A DNA stretch of 64,000 bases from an uncultured Pseudokineococcus sp. GTDB taxonomy: Bacteria > Actinomycetota > Actinomycetes > Actinomycetales > Quadrisphaeraceae. Under the pieces are notes generated by a model. It saw only the letters and a program-made list of their open reading frames with translations. It ran no database searches and was not told where the DNA came from. Position 1 is the first letter of the stretch. Each line of letters opens with the position of its first letter. Positions 26,599-35,535 of the stretch are shown here, one piece after another. Both the position numbers and the translations under genes were made by a program. The stretch lies in NCBI RefSeq assembly GCF_947495735.1, contig NZ_CANMAA010000014.1, positions 18,164-82,163 of the forward strand, given 5' to 3'.

Positions 26599-27557
26599 GC
26601 GCCACCACCGACCACGACCCCGCCGGCTCCTCCCCCGCCCCCGGCAGGGCGGCCCCCACCGGGCTGCCCGGCCGGCTGTCGGCGTGGTTGTTCTGGGAGG
26701 CGCCGCTGGCGCGCGTGGCCTGGCTGCGCCTGGCCGTCTACGCGTTCGTCGTCCTCGACGTCCTGTGGCTGCACTCCACCGGTCGCCACCACGGCGCGGC
26801 CGACCCGCTCTGGTACCAGCCGCTGGTCGTCGGCGAGGTCCTCGGCGTCCCCGCGGCGACCGTGCTGCTCGCCGAGGTCACCCGCTGGGGCTCGGTCCTC
26901 CTCGCCCTCGCGGCGATGACGGGCCGGGCGCCGCGGCTGCTCGGCTGGGCGACCGCGCTGTGCTGGATCTGGTTCCAGTACATCGCCTTCTCCTACGGCA
27001 AGGTCGACCACGACCGCGCCGACTTCCTCGTCGCCCTGCTGATCCTGCCCACCGTCGGGCTGGCGCACCTGCGTGACGGGCGCCGGTCCGAGGCCGCCGG
27101 CTTCGCGCTGCGCGCCGTCCAGCTCATGGCCATCGCCACCTACTTCCTCGCCGCCGTCGCCAAGGTCCGCTTCGGCGGGTGGGAGTGGGTCAGCAGCGCC
27201 ACCATCGCCCGCGCCGTCGTCCGCCGCGGGACGTGGGTCTCCGAGTGGATGCTCGACTACCCCGCGCTGCTCCAGGCCTTCCAGTGGGGGCTGTTCACCG
27301 CCGAGCTGGCCTCACCGGTGGTCTTCGTCCTCGCCCTGCGCTGGCAGCGGCGCGTGGTCGGCGCCTGGTACCTCTTCCACCTGGCGACCTACGCGGCCAT
27401 CACCATCGCCTTCTGGCCCCACCTGGTGATGATGCTCGCCTTCCTCCCCCTCGAGCGGGCCGCGCAGCTGGCCCGCCGGCGCTGGCGCCGCCTGCGCGGC
27501 CAGGAGCCCGACGCGGCCGTCCCCGAGCCCCTCGTCGCCCCGGGCCGCGACGGCTGA
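26595..27557 (+). CDS. HTTM domain (vitamin-K gamma-carboxylase-like / SdpB-like) membrane protein
   Basis: Multi-TM protein with HTTM-like landmarks: LARVAWLRLAVYAFVVLD, YGKVDHDRADFLVALLIL, LRAVQLMAIATYFLAAVAKVRFGGWEW. It is the C-terminal part of ORF 25980..27557. Confidence 0.65.
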   Translation: MSATTDHDPAGSSPAPGRAAPTGLPGRLSAWLFWEAPLARVAWLRLAVYAFVVLDVLWLHSTGRHHGAADPLWYQPLVVGEVLGVPAATVLLAEVTRWGSVLLALAAMTGRAPRLLGWATALCWIWFQYIAFSYGKVDHDRADFLVALLILPTVGLAHLRDGRRSEAAGFALRAVQLMAIATYFLAAVAKVRFGGWEWVSSATIARAVVRRGTWVSEWMLDYPALLQAFQWGLFTAELASPVVFVLALRWQRRVVGAWYLFHLATYAAITIAFWPHLVMMLAFLPLERAAQLARRRWRRLRGQEPDAAVPEPLVAPGRDG

Positions 27558-27631
27558 GCGCACGCGGCCGCCGGAGCGCGCGCCGACCGCACCGGCGGCC
27601 GTCGAGGCCGGCTCGGCCCGCCGGCCCGGCG

Positions 27632-30600
27632 TCAGGCGACGACGGAGTAGGCGACCACGCCGCGCCGGACCCGCTCGACGGCGTCCAGCGCCGCGGAGCG
27701 CAGGTCCCCGTCGTCGCCGGCGGCCCCGGCGACCTGGTCGAGCAGGTCCACCGTCTGCTTGCACCAGCGGACGAAGTCCCCGGCCCCGAGCTCCAGCCCG
27801 GCGGCCTCCTCGAGCACCGCCGACAGGCTCGCCCCCTGGGCCCACCGCTGCATGGGCAGGGCGAGGCCGACGTCGGGCACCGAGGTCGGCGCGAGGCCGT
27901 GAGCCCGCTCCCGGTCCTCCAGGTCCGACCACAGGCTGACGACGTCCCGCAGCGCCGCGCCGACGGCGCCCGGGGGCGTCCGCGGCCCGGTGCCGACCTC
28001 CTCGCGGCGCGCCTCGAAGACGAGCGCCGACGCCACGGCCGCCAGCCCGGCGCCGTCGAGCCCGGCGAGGACCCCCTCGCGCAGGCACTGGGCCACGAGG
28101 AGGTCCTTCTCGGCGTACACGCGCTTGAGCCGGCGACCGGCCTCGGTGACCGCCACGTCGTCCGGCGCCCCGTGGGGCAGGCGGTCGACCACCCGGCTCC
28201 CGTCGGGGTCCCTGCCGCTGTCCTCGCGGCTGACCCGCTCCAGGTAGCCGAGCTCGAGCAGGAGGTCGCAGACCTTGTCGAACGTGCGGGCGATGCCGCT
28301 CGTGCGGCCCTCGATGCGACGCACGAGGCCGTCGGTCTCCCCGCGCAGGCGCGACCAGCGCTCGGCCCAGCGCGCGTGCTGCTCGCGGTCGGGGCAGCCG
28401 TGGCACGGGTGCTGGCGCAGCTGGCGGCGCAGGCCCTCGAGGGTCTCGAGCACGGCGTCGTCGTCCTGGCCGCGGCGGCGACGGGCCGGCCGCTCGGGCA
28501 CCTCGCGCCGCTCGTCGGCCAGCGCGGTGCGCATCGCGCCCGCGAGGTCGCGACGCGCCCCGGCGTCTCGGGCGTTGAAGTCGCGCTTCACGCGCACGCG
28601 CGTGACGACCTCGACGGCGCCGGGCACGTCGTGCAGCGACAGGCGCCGCACCTCGCGCTCCTCGGTGAGCACCGTCGGCCGCGGTCCCTCGAGCCCGCCG
28701 GCCGTGCCGGGGTCCAGGACGACGGCCGTGCCGGCGCGCCGCCCCGCGGGGACCCGGACGACGTCGCCGACGCTCAGGCCCTCGAGGGAGTCGAGCACCT
28801 CCGCGCGGCGGCGGCGGGAGGCCTCGCGGCTGCCCTCCTTCTCCAGCTCGCCGATCCGGCGGCGCAGCGCGGCGTACTCGGAGAAGTCGCCCAGGTGGCA
28901 GTGCATCGCCTCGGCGTAGCCGTCGAGCGCCTCCTCCTGGCTGCGCGCCCGGCGCGCCAGGTCCACGACGGCGCGGTCGGCCTGGAACTGCGCGAAGGAG
29001 GTCTCGAGCACCTCGCGCGCGCGGGCCCGCCCGACCGTGTCCACGAGGTTCACGGCCATGTTCGAGGTCGGCCGGAAGCTCGAGCGCAGCGGGTACAGGC
29101 GGCGGCTGGCGAGCCCGGCGACGGCCTCCGGGTCCAGCCCCGGCTGCCACAGGACGACGGCGTGCCCCTCGACGTCGATGCCGCGGCGCCCCGCGCGGCC
29201 GGTGAGCTGGGTGTACTCCCCCGGCGTGATGTCGGCGTGGGACTCGCCGTTGTACTTCACGAGCTTCTCGAGCACGACCGAGCGCGCGGGCATGTTGATG
29301 CCGAGCGCCAGCGTCTCCGTGGCGAACACGGCCTTGACCAGCCCGCGGCTGAAGAGGTCCTCCACGACCTCCTTGAAGCGCGGCAGCAGCCCGGCGTGGT
29401 GCGCGCCGATGCCGCGCTGGAGGCCCTCGAGCCACTCCCAGTAGCCCAGGACGGCGAGGTCGGTGTCGGGGATGTCCGCGCAGGCGGCCTCGACGGAGCT
29501 GCGGATCTCCGCGCGCTCCTCGGGCGAGGTCAGGCGCAGACCGGCCGCCAGGCACTGGCGCACGGCCGCGTCGCAGCCCGCCCGGCTGAAGACGAAGGTG
29601 ATGGCCGGCAGCAGGTCGGCGTCGTCGAGCGCCGCGACGACGTGCGCCCGGCTCGGTGCGCGCTGGGAGGAGCCCGGAGACCCGGAGGGAGCGGCCTGGC
29701 CGCGCGGCCGGTGCGGCGGGTAGCCGCCGCGACGGCGCCGTCCTCCGCGCGGCGGCGGGGCCCCGCGCCCGCCGAGGTCGCGGGCGCTGCGCTCCTCGTC
29801 GCGGGCGATCGCCACGAGCTCGGGGTTCACCGACGGGCGCAGGTCCCCGGCGTCGGCGGCCTCGACCGACCCGCCGGCGACCGCCTGGTCCGCCTCCCCG
29901 ACGAACAGGTCGAGCATCCCGGCGCGGCCGGTCAGCACGTGCTGCCACAGCGGGACGGGGCGCACCTCGGAGACGACCACCTCGGTGCCGCCCCGCACGG
30001 TGTCGAGCCACGCGCCGAACTCCTCGGCGTTGCTCACCGTCGCCGACAGCGAGGCGATGAGGACGTCCTGCGGCAGGTGGAGGATGACCTCCTCCCACAC
30101 GGGCCCGCGGAAGCGGTCGGCGAGGTAGTGCACCTCGTCCATCACGACGTACCCGAGCCCCTGCAGGGCCCTCGACCCGGCGTAGAGCATGTTGCGCAGC
30201 ACCTCGGTCGTCATGACGACGACGGGCGCGTCGCCGTTGACGACGACGTCCCCGGTGAGCAGGCCCACCCGGTCGGCGCCGTGGCGCTCGACGAGCTCGG
30301 CGTGCTTCTGGTTGCTCAGCGCCTTGATCGGCGTCGTGTAGAAGGCCTTGCGACCCGTGGCCAGCGCCAGGTGCACGGCGAACTCGCCGATGACCGTCTT
30401 GCCCGCCCCCGTGGGGGCGGCGACGAGGACCCCGCGCCCCTCCTCCAGCGCGCGGCAGCCGCGCACCTGGAAGTCGTCGAGCCGGAAGGGCAGGGAGTCG
30501 CGGAAGCGCGCCAGCTCGGAGCCGTACCCGTCGGCGTCCGGCAGGGCGTCGTCCCCCGGCGCGTCGTCCCCCGGCCCGGCGTCGGCGGCCCCACCCTGCG

Positions 30601-30763
30601 CGGCGCGCTCGCGGCGGGCGCGCGCGGCGGCGAAGCGCGCGGCGGGCGACAGCTCCTCGACGTCGGTGTCCACGGCGGGGGAAGGGGTCGCCCCGCGGTC
30701 CCGGGGAGCGCCGGCGGCGGAGCCCCGGCGGGACCCGCCCGTGCGCTGGCGTCGCGACGGCAT
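27632..30763 (-). CDS. helY: Ski2-like DEAD/DEAH-box RNA helicase HelY
   Basis: Contains AAPTGAGKT, MDEVHY, LSATVSN and a long C-terminal arch/DSHCT-like region. Confidence 0.9.
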   Translation of the reverse strand: MPSRRQRTGGSRRGSAAGAPRDRGATPSPAVDTDVEELSPAARFAAARARRERAAQGGAADAGPGDDAPGDDALPDADGYGSELARFRDSLPFRLDDFQVRGCRALEEGRGVLVAAPTGAGKTVIGEFAVHLALATGRKAFYTTPIKALSNQKHAELVERHGADRVGLLTGDVVVNGDAPVVVMTTEVLRNMLYAGSRALQGLGYVVMDEVHYLADRFRGPVWEEVILHLPQDVLIASLSATVSNAEEFGAWLDTVRGGTEVVVSEVRPVPLWQHVLTGRAGMLDLFVGEADQAVAGGSVEAADAGDLRPSVNPELVAIARDEERSARDLGGRGAPPPRGGRRRRGGYPPHRPRGQAAPSGSPGSSQRAPSRAHVVAALDDADLLPAITFVFSRAGCDAAVRQCLAAGLRLTSPEERAEIRSSVEAACADIPDTDLAVLGYWEWLEGLQRGIGAHHAGLLPRFKEVVEDLFSRGLVKAVFATETLALGINMPARSVVLEKLVKYNGESHADITPGEYTQLTGRAGRRGIDVEGHAVVLWQPGLDPEAVAGLASRRLYPLRSSFRPTSNMAVNLVDTVGRARAREVLETSFAQFQADRAVVDLARRARSQEEALDGYAEAMHCHLGDFSEYAALRRRIGELEKEGSREASRRRRAEVLDSLEGLSVGDVVRVPAGRRAGTAVVLDPGTAGGLEGPRPTVLTEEREVRRLSLHDVPGAVEVVTRVRVKRDFNARDAGARRDLAGAMRTALADERREVPERPARRRRGQDDDAVLETLEGLRRQLRQHPCHGCPDREQHARWAERWSRLRGETDGLVRRIEGRTSGIARTFDKVCDLLLELGYLERVSREDSGRDPDGSRVVDRLPHGAPDDVAVTEAGRRLKRVYAEKDLLVAQCLREGVLAGLDGAGLAAVASALVFEARREEVGTGPRTPPGAVGAALRDVVSLWSDLEDRERAHGLAPTSVPDVGLALPMQRWAQGASLSAVLEEAAGLELGAGDFVRWCKQTVDLLDQVAGAAGDDGDLRSAALDAVERVRRGVVAYSVVA

Positions 30764-30769
30764 GCCGCC

Positions 30770-30775
30770 AGCCTA
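30770..30775 (-). promoter_or_regulatory. -10-like hexamer TAGGCT, 6 nt before the helY ATG (leaderless-type); it contains the upstream gene's TAG stop
   Basis: The minus strand reads cTAGGCTggcggcATG. Confidence 0.35.
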
Positions 30776-31738
30776 GGCGAGGACGCGCAGGCCCCCCGGG
30801 CGCACCCTGACGGACAGCGGCAGCGCGCCCAGCCGCTCGCCGTCGCCGTAGACGGGCGACTCGCGCCCGTCGGCCTCGGCGGAGAGCTGCACCGAGCGGA
30901 CGCGGCGGACGCTCACGGCCGGGTGGTCGACGTGCGTCCCCGAGAACACCTTCGGGAAGACGCGGGCGATCTCCCACCCCGGCAGCGGGTCCACCACGAC
31001 GAGCTCGAGGCACCCGTCCCCGGCGTCGGCGCCCGGGGCGATGCGCATGCCCCCGCCGAAGCTGGAGGTGTTGGCGAGGGCGACCAGCAGCGCCTCCCGG
31101 GTCTCGGGCACGCCGTCGACGACGAGCGTGTACCGCAGCGGGCGGCGGGCGGGCAGCTCCCGCGCCACGGCGAGGACGTACCGGGCGCGGCCCCGGGGCC
31201 AGCGCCAGCTGTTGGCCCGCTCGTTGACCAGGGCGTCGAAGCCGGCCGAGACGACGCCGAGCACGACCCGCTCGCGCGCGGCGCCGTCCGCGGGACGGGG
31301 GGAGCCGCTGCGCTCGGGGGAGCCCGCGGCGTCCCCGCCCTCGACGGCGAGGACGTCGACCCGGCGCGTGCGGCCCGCGCGCAGCGCCGCGACGGCGCGG
31401 CGCACGGCGCGCGCGGGGTCCGAGCCGTCCAGGCCCAGGCCGCGGGCGACGTCGTCGCCGGTGCCGGCGGGCACCAGGCCGAGCGGCAGGTCGTGCGCGG
31501 CGGCGACCTCGGCGCCCAGGTGCGCCATCCCGTCGCCCCCCACCACGAGCACGGCGTCGGCGCCCTCCGCCGCCACGTGCGCCCGTCGCAGCGAGCGCGA
31601 CGCGCTGCTTCCCGTGGCGTCGAACACGCGAACCCCCAGGCGCGCGAGCTCCCGGCGCGCCGTCGCCGACGCCCCGTGGCCGCGCCCCGCCCCGGAGACC
31701 GGGTTGGTGAGCAGGCAGACGAGCGGGTCGCCCCTCAC
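30773..31738 (-). CDS. diacylglycerol kinase-like lipid kinase (YegS/DagK family)
   Basis: Contains LLTNPVSGAGRG, VVGGDGM and PAGTGDD. Confidence 0.85.
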   Translation of the reverse strand: MRGDPLVCLLTNPVSGAGRGHGASATARRELARLGVRVFDATGSSASRSLRRAHVAAEGADAVLVVGGDGMAHLGAEVAAAHDLPLGLVPAGTGDDVARGLGLDGSDPARAVRRAVAALRAGRTRRVDVLAVEGGDAAGSPERSGSPRPADGAARERVVLGVVSAGFDALVNERANSWRWPRGRARYVLAVARELPARRPLRYTLVVDGVPETREALLVALANTSSFGGGMRIAPGADAGDGCLELVVVDPLPGWEIARVFPKVFSGTHVDHPAVSVRRVRSVQLSAEADGRESPVYGDGERLGALPLSVRVRPGGLRVLA

Positions 31739-31775
31739 GCGGCGCCCGGGCGCCCGGCGGCGGCCGGGGACGGGG

Positions 31776-32618
31776 TCACAGCGGGCTCGCCTCGTCGTCG
31801 GACAGGCCGGCGTAGCCCTCGCGCAGGTCGCGGCGACGGCGGCGACGGTCGTTGAGCGCCGACACGCCGATGGCCAGGAAGAACAGGGCGCACATCGGGA
31901 GCGCCAGGAAGAACATCGCCGTCACCTCGGGGCTCGGGGTCGCGACCGCCGCGAAGGCGAAGCACACGACGACGACCCAGCGCCACCCGGCGAGCATCGT
32001 CTTGGCGCTCATGAGGCCGACGACGTTGAGGGCCACGAGCACCACCGGCAGGAGGAAGGCGATGCCGAAGGCCAGCAGGATGCGCATGACGAAGCCGAGG
32101 TACATCGACATGTCGACGACGTTGACGGTGCCCTGGGGCGTGAGGTCCACGAGGAAGGTCACGGCCCGCGGCAGCGCCGTGTACGCGAGGGCGACACCGC
32201 CGAGGAACAGCGGGACGGCGGCCACGACGAAGGCCGCCGCGTAGCGCTTCTCCCGCCGGGTCAGACCCGGGGTGACGAAGGCCCACAGCTGCCAGAGCCA
32301 CACGGGGCTGGCCAGGAGCACGCCCGTGAAGATCGACACCTTCACCTTGAGGTCGAAGGCGCCGACGACGCTGCCGATGTTCGGCACGACGTCGTCCTCG
32401 CGACCGGCCGCCGCGGCCGCCACGTTCAGCGGCCTGGTGAGAGCGCCGAGGACCTCGTCGTAGAAGACCCAGCCGAGCACTGCGGTGACGACGACCGCGA
32501 CCGCCGCGACGACGAGGCGGTTGCGCAGCTCGCGGAGGTGGGCCCCCAGGGGCATCCGGCCCTCGGGGTCACGGCCACGGCCACGTCCGCGGCGACGGCT
32601 GGGGGTGCGGATCGCCAC
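31776..32618 (-). CDS. tatC: twin-arginine translocase subunit TatC
   Basis: MPLGAHLRELRNRL N-terminal motif, 6 TM segments. Confidence 0.9.
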   Translation of the reverse strand: MAIRTPSRRRGRGRGRDPEGRMPLGAHLRELRNRLVVAAVAVVVTAVLGWVFYDEVLGALTRPLNVAAAAAGREDDVVPNIGSVVGAFDLKVKVSIFTGVLLASPVWLWQLWAFVTPGLTRREKRYAAAFVVAAVPLFLGGVALAYTALPRAVTFLVDLTPQGTVNVVDMSMYLGFVMRILLAFGIAFLLPVVLVALNVVGLMSAKTMLAGWRWVVVVCFAFAAVATPSPEVTAMFFLALPMCALFFLAIGVSALNDRRRRRRDLREGYAGLSDDEASPL

Positions 32619-32621
32619 CGG

Positions 32622-32906
32622 TCAGGCGGACGGGCGGTGCTGCTCGTCGCGAGAGCGCTGCTCCTCGCGCGCCCGGTCCACCGCGCGGCCCTCGAGGGGC
32701 TGCGGGGTCGACGTCGCGCTGCTGTCGCTCGTCCGCTTGGCCGACGCGTCCTCGTCGTCGTCGTCGTCCCGCAGGCTCTTGACCTCGGACTTGAAGATGC
32801 GCATGGACTTGCCGACGTTGCGCGTGATGTCCGGCAGCCGCTTCGCGCCGAAGATCACGATGATGACGATGAGGAGGATCAGGAGATGCCACGGCTCGGG
32901 GCGCAT
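32622..32906 (-). CDS. tatA: twin-arginine translocase subunit TatA
   Basis: WHLLILLIVIIVIFGAKRLPD followed by an amphipathic helix and an acidic tail. Confidence 0.9.
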   Translation of the reverse strand: MRPEPWHLLILLIVIIVIFGAKRLPDITRNVGKSMRIFKSEVKSLRDDDDDEDASAKRTSDSSATSTPQPLEGRAVDRAREEQRSRDEQHRPSA

Positions 32907-32964
32907 GTGCGGGACCTCTCGACGAGTGGGGTGAGCGGAGCGCGATGACGGGAGTGCGCGGCCC

Positions 32965-33279
32965 CTACCGGGCCAATGTACGCCGGGGCAGGCCGGCGCG
33001 ACGGCGACGGGCGCGTGTCCGCTGGGCCAACTGCTGGGTGCGGCTGCGGCGCATGGCGACCGGGTCGTCGAACGCCGTGGTCACGACGGGCTCCCGGGGC
33101 TCCTCCGCCCGCAGGCGGGCGACCTGCTCGGACAGGGCGGCCGAGACCTCCCCGGCGCGCCCGAGCTCGGTGAGCACGGCCGTCGCCTTCCGCCAGAGGC
33201 CCAGGGCCAGGCGGAGCAGGACGACGGCGGCACCGACCACGAGCACGAGCCAGAGCAGGACCCACATCCACCACGTCAC
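32965..33279 (-). CDS. small hypothetical membrane protein
   Basis: One TM segment (WMWVLLWLVLVVGAAVVLL) and a basic tail. The GTG at 33279 overlaps the pafC stop (GTGA). Confidence 0.4.
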   Translation of the reverse strand: MTWWMWVLLWLVLVVGAAVVLLRLALGLWRKATAVLTELGRAGEVSAALSEQVARLRAEEPREPVVTTAFDDPVAMRRSRTQQLAQRTRARRRRAGLPRRTLAR

Positions 33280-34364
33280 GGCGCGACCCTAGCCGGGGGG
33301 CCGGAGGCGCCGGGGAGCTCGTCCGCGTCGTCGCCCTCGCCACCGCCGGCGGCCGCCGCGAGCGCCGCCCGCGCGGCCTGCGCCACCTGCTCGGCCAGCG
33401 CCGGCGGGGAGACCACGCGCGCCGACCCGCCCAGGCGCAGCACGAGGCGGCGCAGCCACCCGTCGTCGGCCACCCGCAGGCGCACCCGCACCCCGCCGGG
33501 CTCGTCGGCGCGCTCGGTGACGTCCTCGACGGGGACGGACTCGGCGACCCAGCGCACGTCGGCGTCGAGGTCGAGGACGACGAGCGGCACCTCCTCCCCG
33601 GGGGCGAAGAGGCTGCTGCCCAGGTCGCGCGCCACGGCCTCGGCGGGCGGGGTGCCGTCCACGTCGAGCTCCTCGGCCGCCAGGACCCGGTCCAGGCGGA
33701 AGCGCCGCACCCCCTGCGCGCGGTGGCACCAGGCCTGCAGGTACCAGCGGCCGTCCAGGGACTGCAGCTCCATCGGGTCGACGTCGCGCTCGGTCGTCTC
33801 GTCCCGCGTGGCGACGAGGTAGCGCAGGTGCAGGCGCCGCCCCCGGGCGAGCGCGCCGCGCACGACGGCGAGGACGCGGGTGTCCGCGCCGGCCGCGAGG
33901 TCCAGCTGAACCGACGTCGCGGCGGCGGCCGCGTCCCCGGCGGCCGCCGTCAGCTTCGCGCGCGCGCCCTCGAGCGCCGCGCTGTCCTCGACCCCCTGCA
34001 GGTCGGCGAGCGTGCGCAGGCCGACCAGCAGGGCGAGCGCCTCGTCCTGGCCGAGGCGCAGCGGGCGCGCGATGGCGTCGGCGTTGCCCAGGTAGACGTG
34101 CCCGGACTCCCACTCGGCCTCGATCAGGTCGTCGGGCATGTGCCCCGGCGTCCCGCAGACGAACAGCAGCTCGAGGTCGGCCACGAGCTGGTCGGTCGAG
34201 ATGTCGAAGTGGCGCGCCGCCTCCTCGAGCGCGACGCCCTGGCGCTCCAGCAGCCACGGGACCATCGCGAGCAGCCGGGAGAGCCGGTCGCCGGCGCCCG
34301 CCCCCGCGCCGACCGCGCTCGGGCCGGACGCTCGGGCGCCCGACCGGCCCGCCGCGGGGCTCAT
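33276..34364 (-). CDS. pafC: WYL-domain transcriptional regulator PafC
   Basis: HTH N-terminus (LSRLLAMVPWLLERQG) and WYL region (DGRWYLQAWCH). ATGA overlap with the pafB stop. It is the C-terminal part of ORF 33276..35927. Confidence 0.85.
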   Translation of the reverse strand: MSPAAGRSGARASGPSAVGAGAGAGDRLSRLLAMVPWLLERQGVALEEAARHFDISTDQLVADLELLFVCGTPGHMPDDLIEAEWESGHVYLGNADAIARPLRLGQDEALALLVGLRTLADLQGVEDSAALEGARAKLTAAAGDAAAAATSVQLDLAAGADTRVLAVVRGALARGRRLHLRYLVATRDETTERDVDPMELQSLDGRWYLQAWCHRAQGVRRFRLDRVLAAEELDVDGTPPAEAVARDLGSSLFAPGEEVPLVVLDLDADVRWVAESVPVEDVTERADEPGGVRVRLRVADDGWLRRLVLRLGGSARVVSPPALAEQVAQAARAALAAAAGGGEGDDADELPGASGPPARVAP

Positions 34365-35356
34365 CGCCCCGTCCCCGCCGCGGCGGGGACGTCCTCGGCC
34401 GCCCCGTGGGCGGAGAGCACCCCGCGCCAGAGGTCCAGCACGGCCTCGCGCAGGTCCGGCGGGTCCAGGACGCGCGCGTCGGCGCCCAGCGCGGCCACCT
34501 CCTGCGCCAGCTCGTCGACGTCGGCGAAGGCCACCTCGACCTCCTGCGCGTCGGCCGGCGCCCCGGCCCGCAGGCGCAGCCCGGCCCCTGCCGCGCCCAG
34601 GAGCCGCACCCGGGCCGACCGCTCGGCGGGGGCGACCGCGCGCCCGCGCACGAGGGCGCGCGCGTCGAGGTCGGCGGGGACGGGGACCCCGGCCGGCTCC
34701 CCGGTGCGCGTGATGCCGGGGCTCACGCGGTCGAGCCGGAAGACCCGCGGCGCCCCGCGGTCGAGGTCGTGCCCCACGAGGTACCAGCGGCCGTAGCAGG
34801 AGGTGATGGCCCACGGCTCCACCCGCCGGCGCGCCGTCTCCCCCGTGCGACCGGTGCGGTAGCGGAAGGCGACCGGCGCGCGGTCGCGCGTCGCGGCGTA
34901 CAGGGGGCTGAAGGCCGGCTCGCTCGTGCGCACGCGCGGCTCGACGCCGACGAGGGAGGACTCGTCGGGCTCCACCCCGAGGGCGCGCAGCTTCACCAGC
35001 GCCCGCGAGGCCGGGCCGGCGAGGCTGGCCTGCTGCCACACCCGCGACGCCAGGCCCAGGACCGCGAGCTCCTCCGGCGTCACGTCGATGGCGGGCAGCT
35101 CCCAGGCGTCGCGGTCGACGCGGTAGCCGGCCTCGTCGTCGAACCACGCCGCGTCGGTGCCGGTGACCAGCGGCACGCCGAGGTCGCGCAGCTCCTCCTT
35201 GTCGCGCTCGAACATGCGGTCGAAGGCCTCGTCGCTCGTGGCCTCGCTGTACTGCGGGACGGCCTGGCGGATCTGCTCCTTGCGGAGCCAGCGGCGGGTC
35301 GACAGCAGCGCGATCACGAGGTTGAGCAGGCGCTCCGTGCGCTGGGCGGGGGCCAC
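34361..35356 (-). CDS. pafB: WYL-domain transcriptional regulator PafB
   Basis: Contains TERLLNLVIALLSTRRWL and YGRWYLVGHD. Confidence 0.85.
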   Translation of the reverse strand: MAPAQRTERLLNLVIALLSTRRWLRKEQIRQAVPQYSEATSDEAFDRMFERDKEELRDLGVPLVTGTDAAWFDDEAGYRVDRDAWELPAIDVTPEELAVLGLASRVWQQASLAGPASRALVKLRALGVEPDESSLVGVEPRVRTSEPAFSPLYAATRDRAPVAFRYRTGRTGETARRRVEPWAITSCYGRWYLVGHDLDRGAPRVFRLDRVSPGITRTGEPAGVPVPADLDARALVRGRAVAPAERSARVRLLGAAGAGLRLRAGAPADAQEVEVAFADVDELAQEVAALGADARVLDPPDLREAVLDLWRGVLSAHGAAEDVPAAAGTGR

Positions 35357-35362
35357 GGCCCG

Positions 35363-35368
35363 ACGCTA
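35363..35368 (-). promoter_or_regulatory. -10-like hexamer TAGCGT, 6 nt before the pafB GTG (leaderless-type)
   Basis: The minus strand reads GTAGCGTCgggccGTG. It mirrors the element at 35523. Confidence 0.4.
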
Positions 35369-35522
35369 CCCCGAGGGGACGCGCCCCCTGCCGCGGAGGC
35401 GATCGGCGGCCACGTCGTCGGGGGCCGCGCTCCGGACGACGCCGCCCCCTCGCCGGTCGCCGCCCCCTCGCCGGACGTGGCGCCGTCCGGGGCGGGTGGG
35501 CGCGTCGCCGCGGCGCGGGCCG

Positions 35523-35528
35523 TAGCGT
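35523..35528 (+). promoter_or_regulatory. -10-like hexamer TAGCGT, 7 nt before the GTG at 35536 (leaderless-type)
   Basis: The plus strand reads GTAGCGTCgcccggGTG. Confidence 0.4.
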
Positions 35529-35535
35529 CGCCCGG

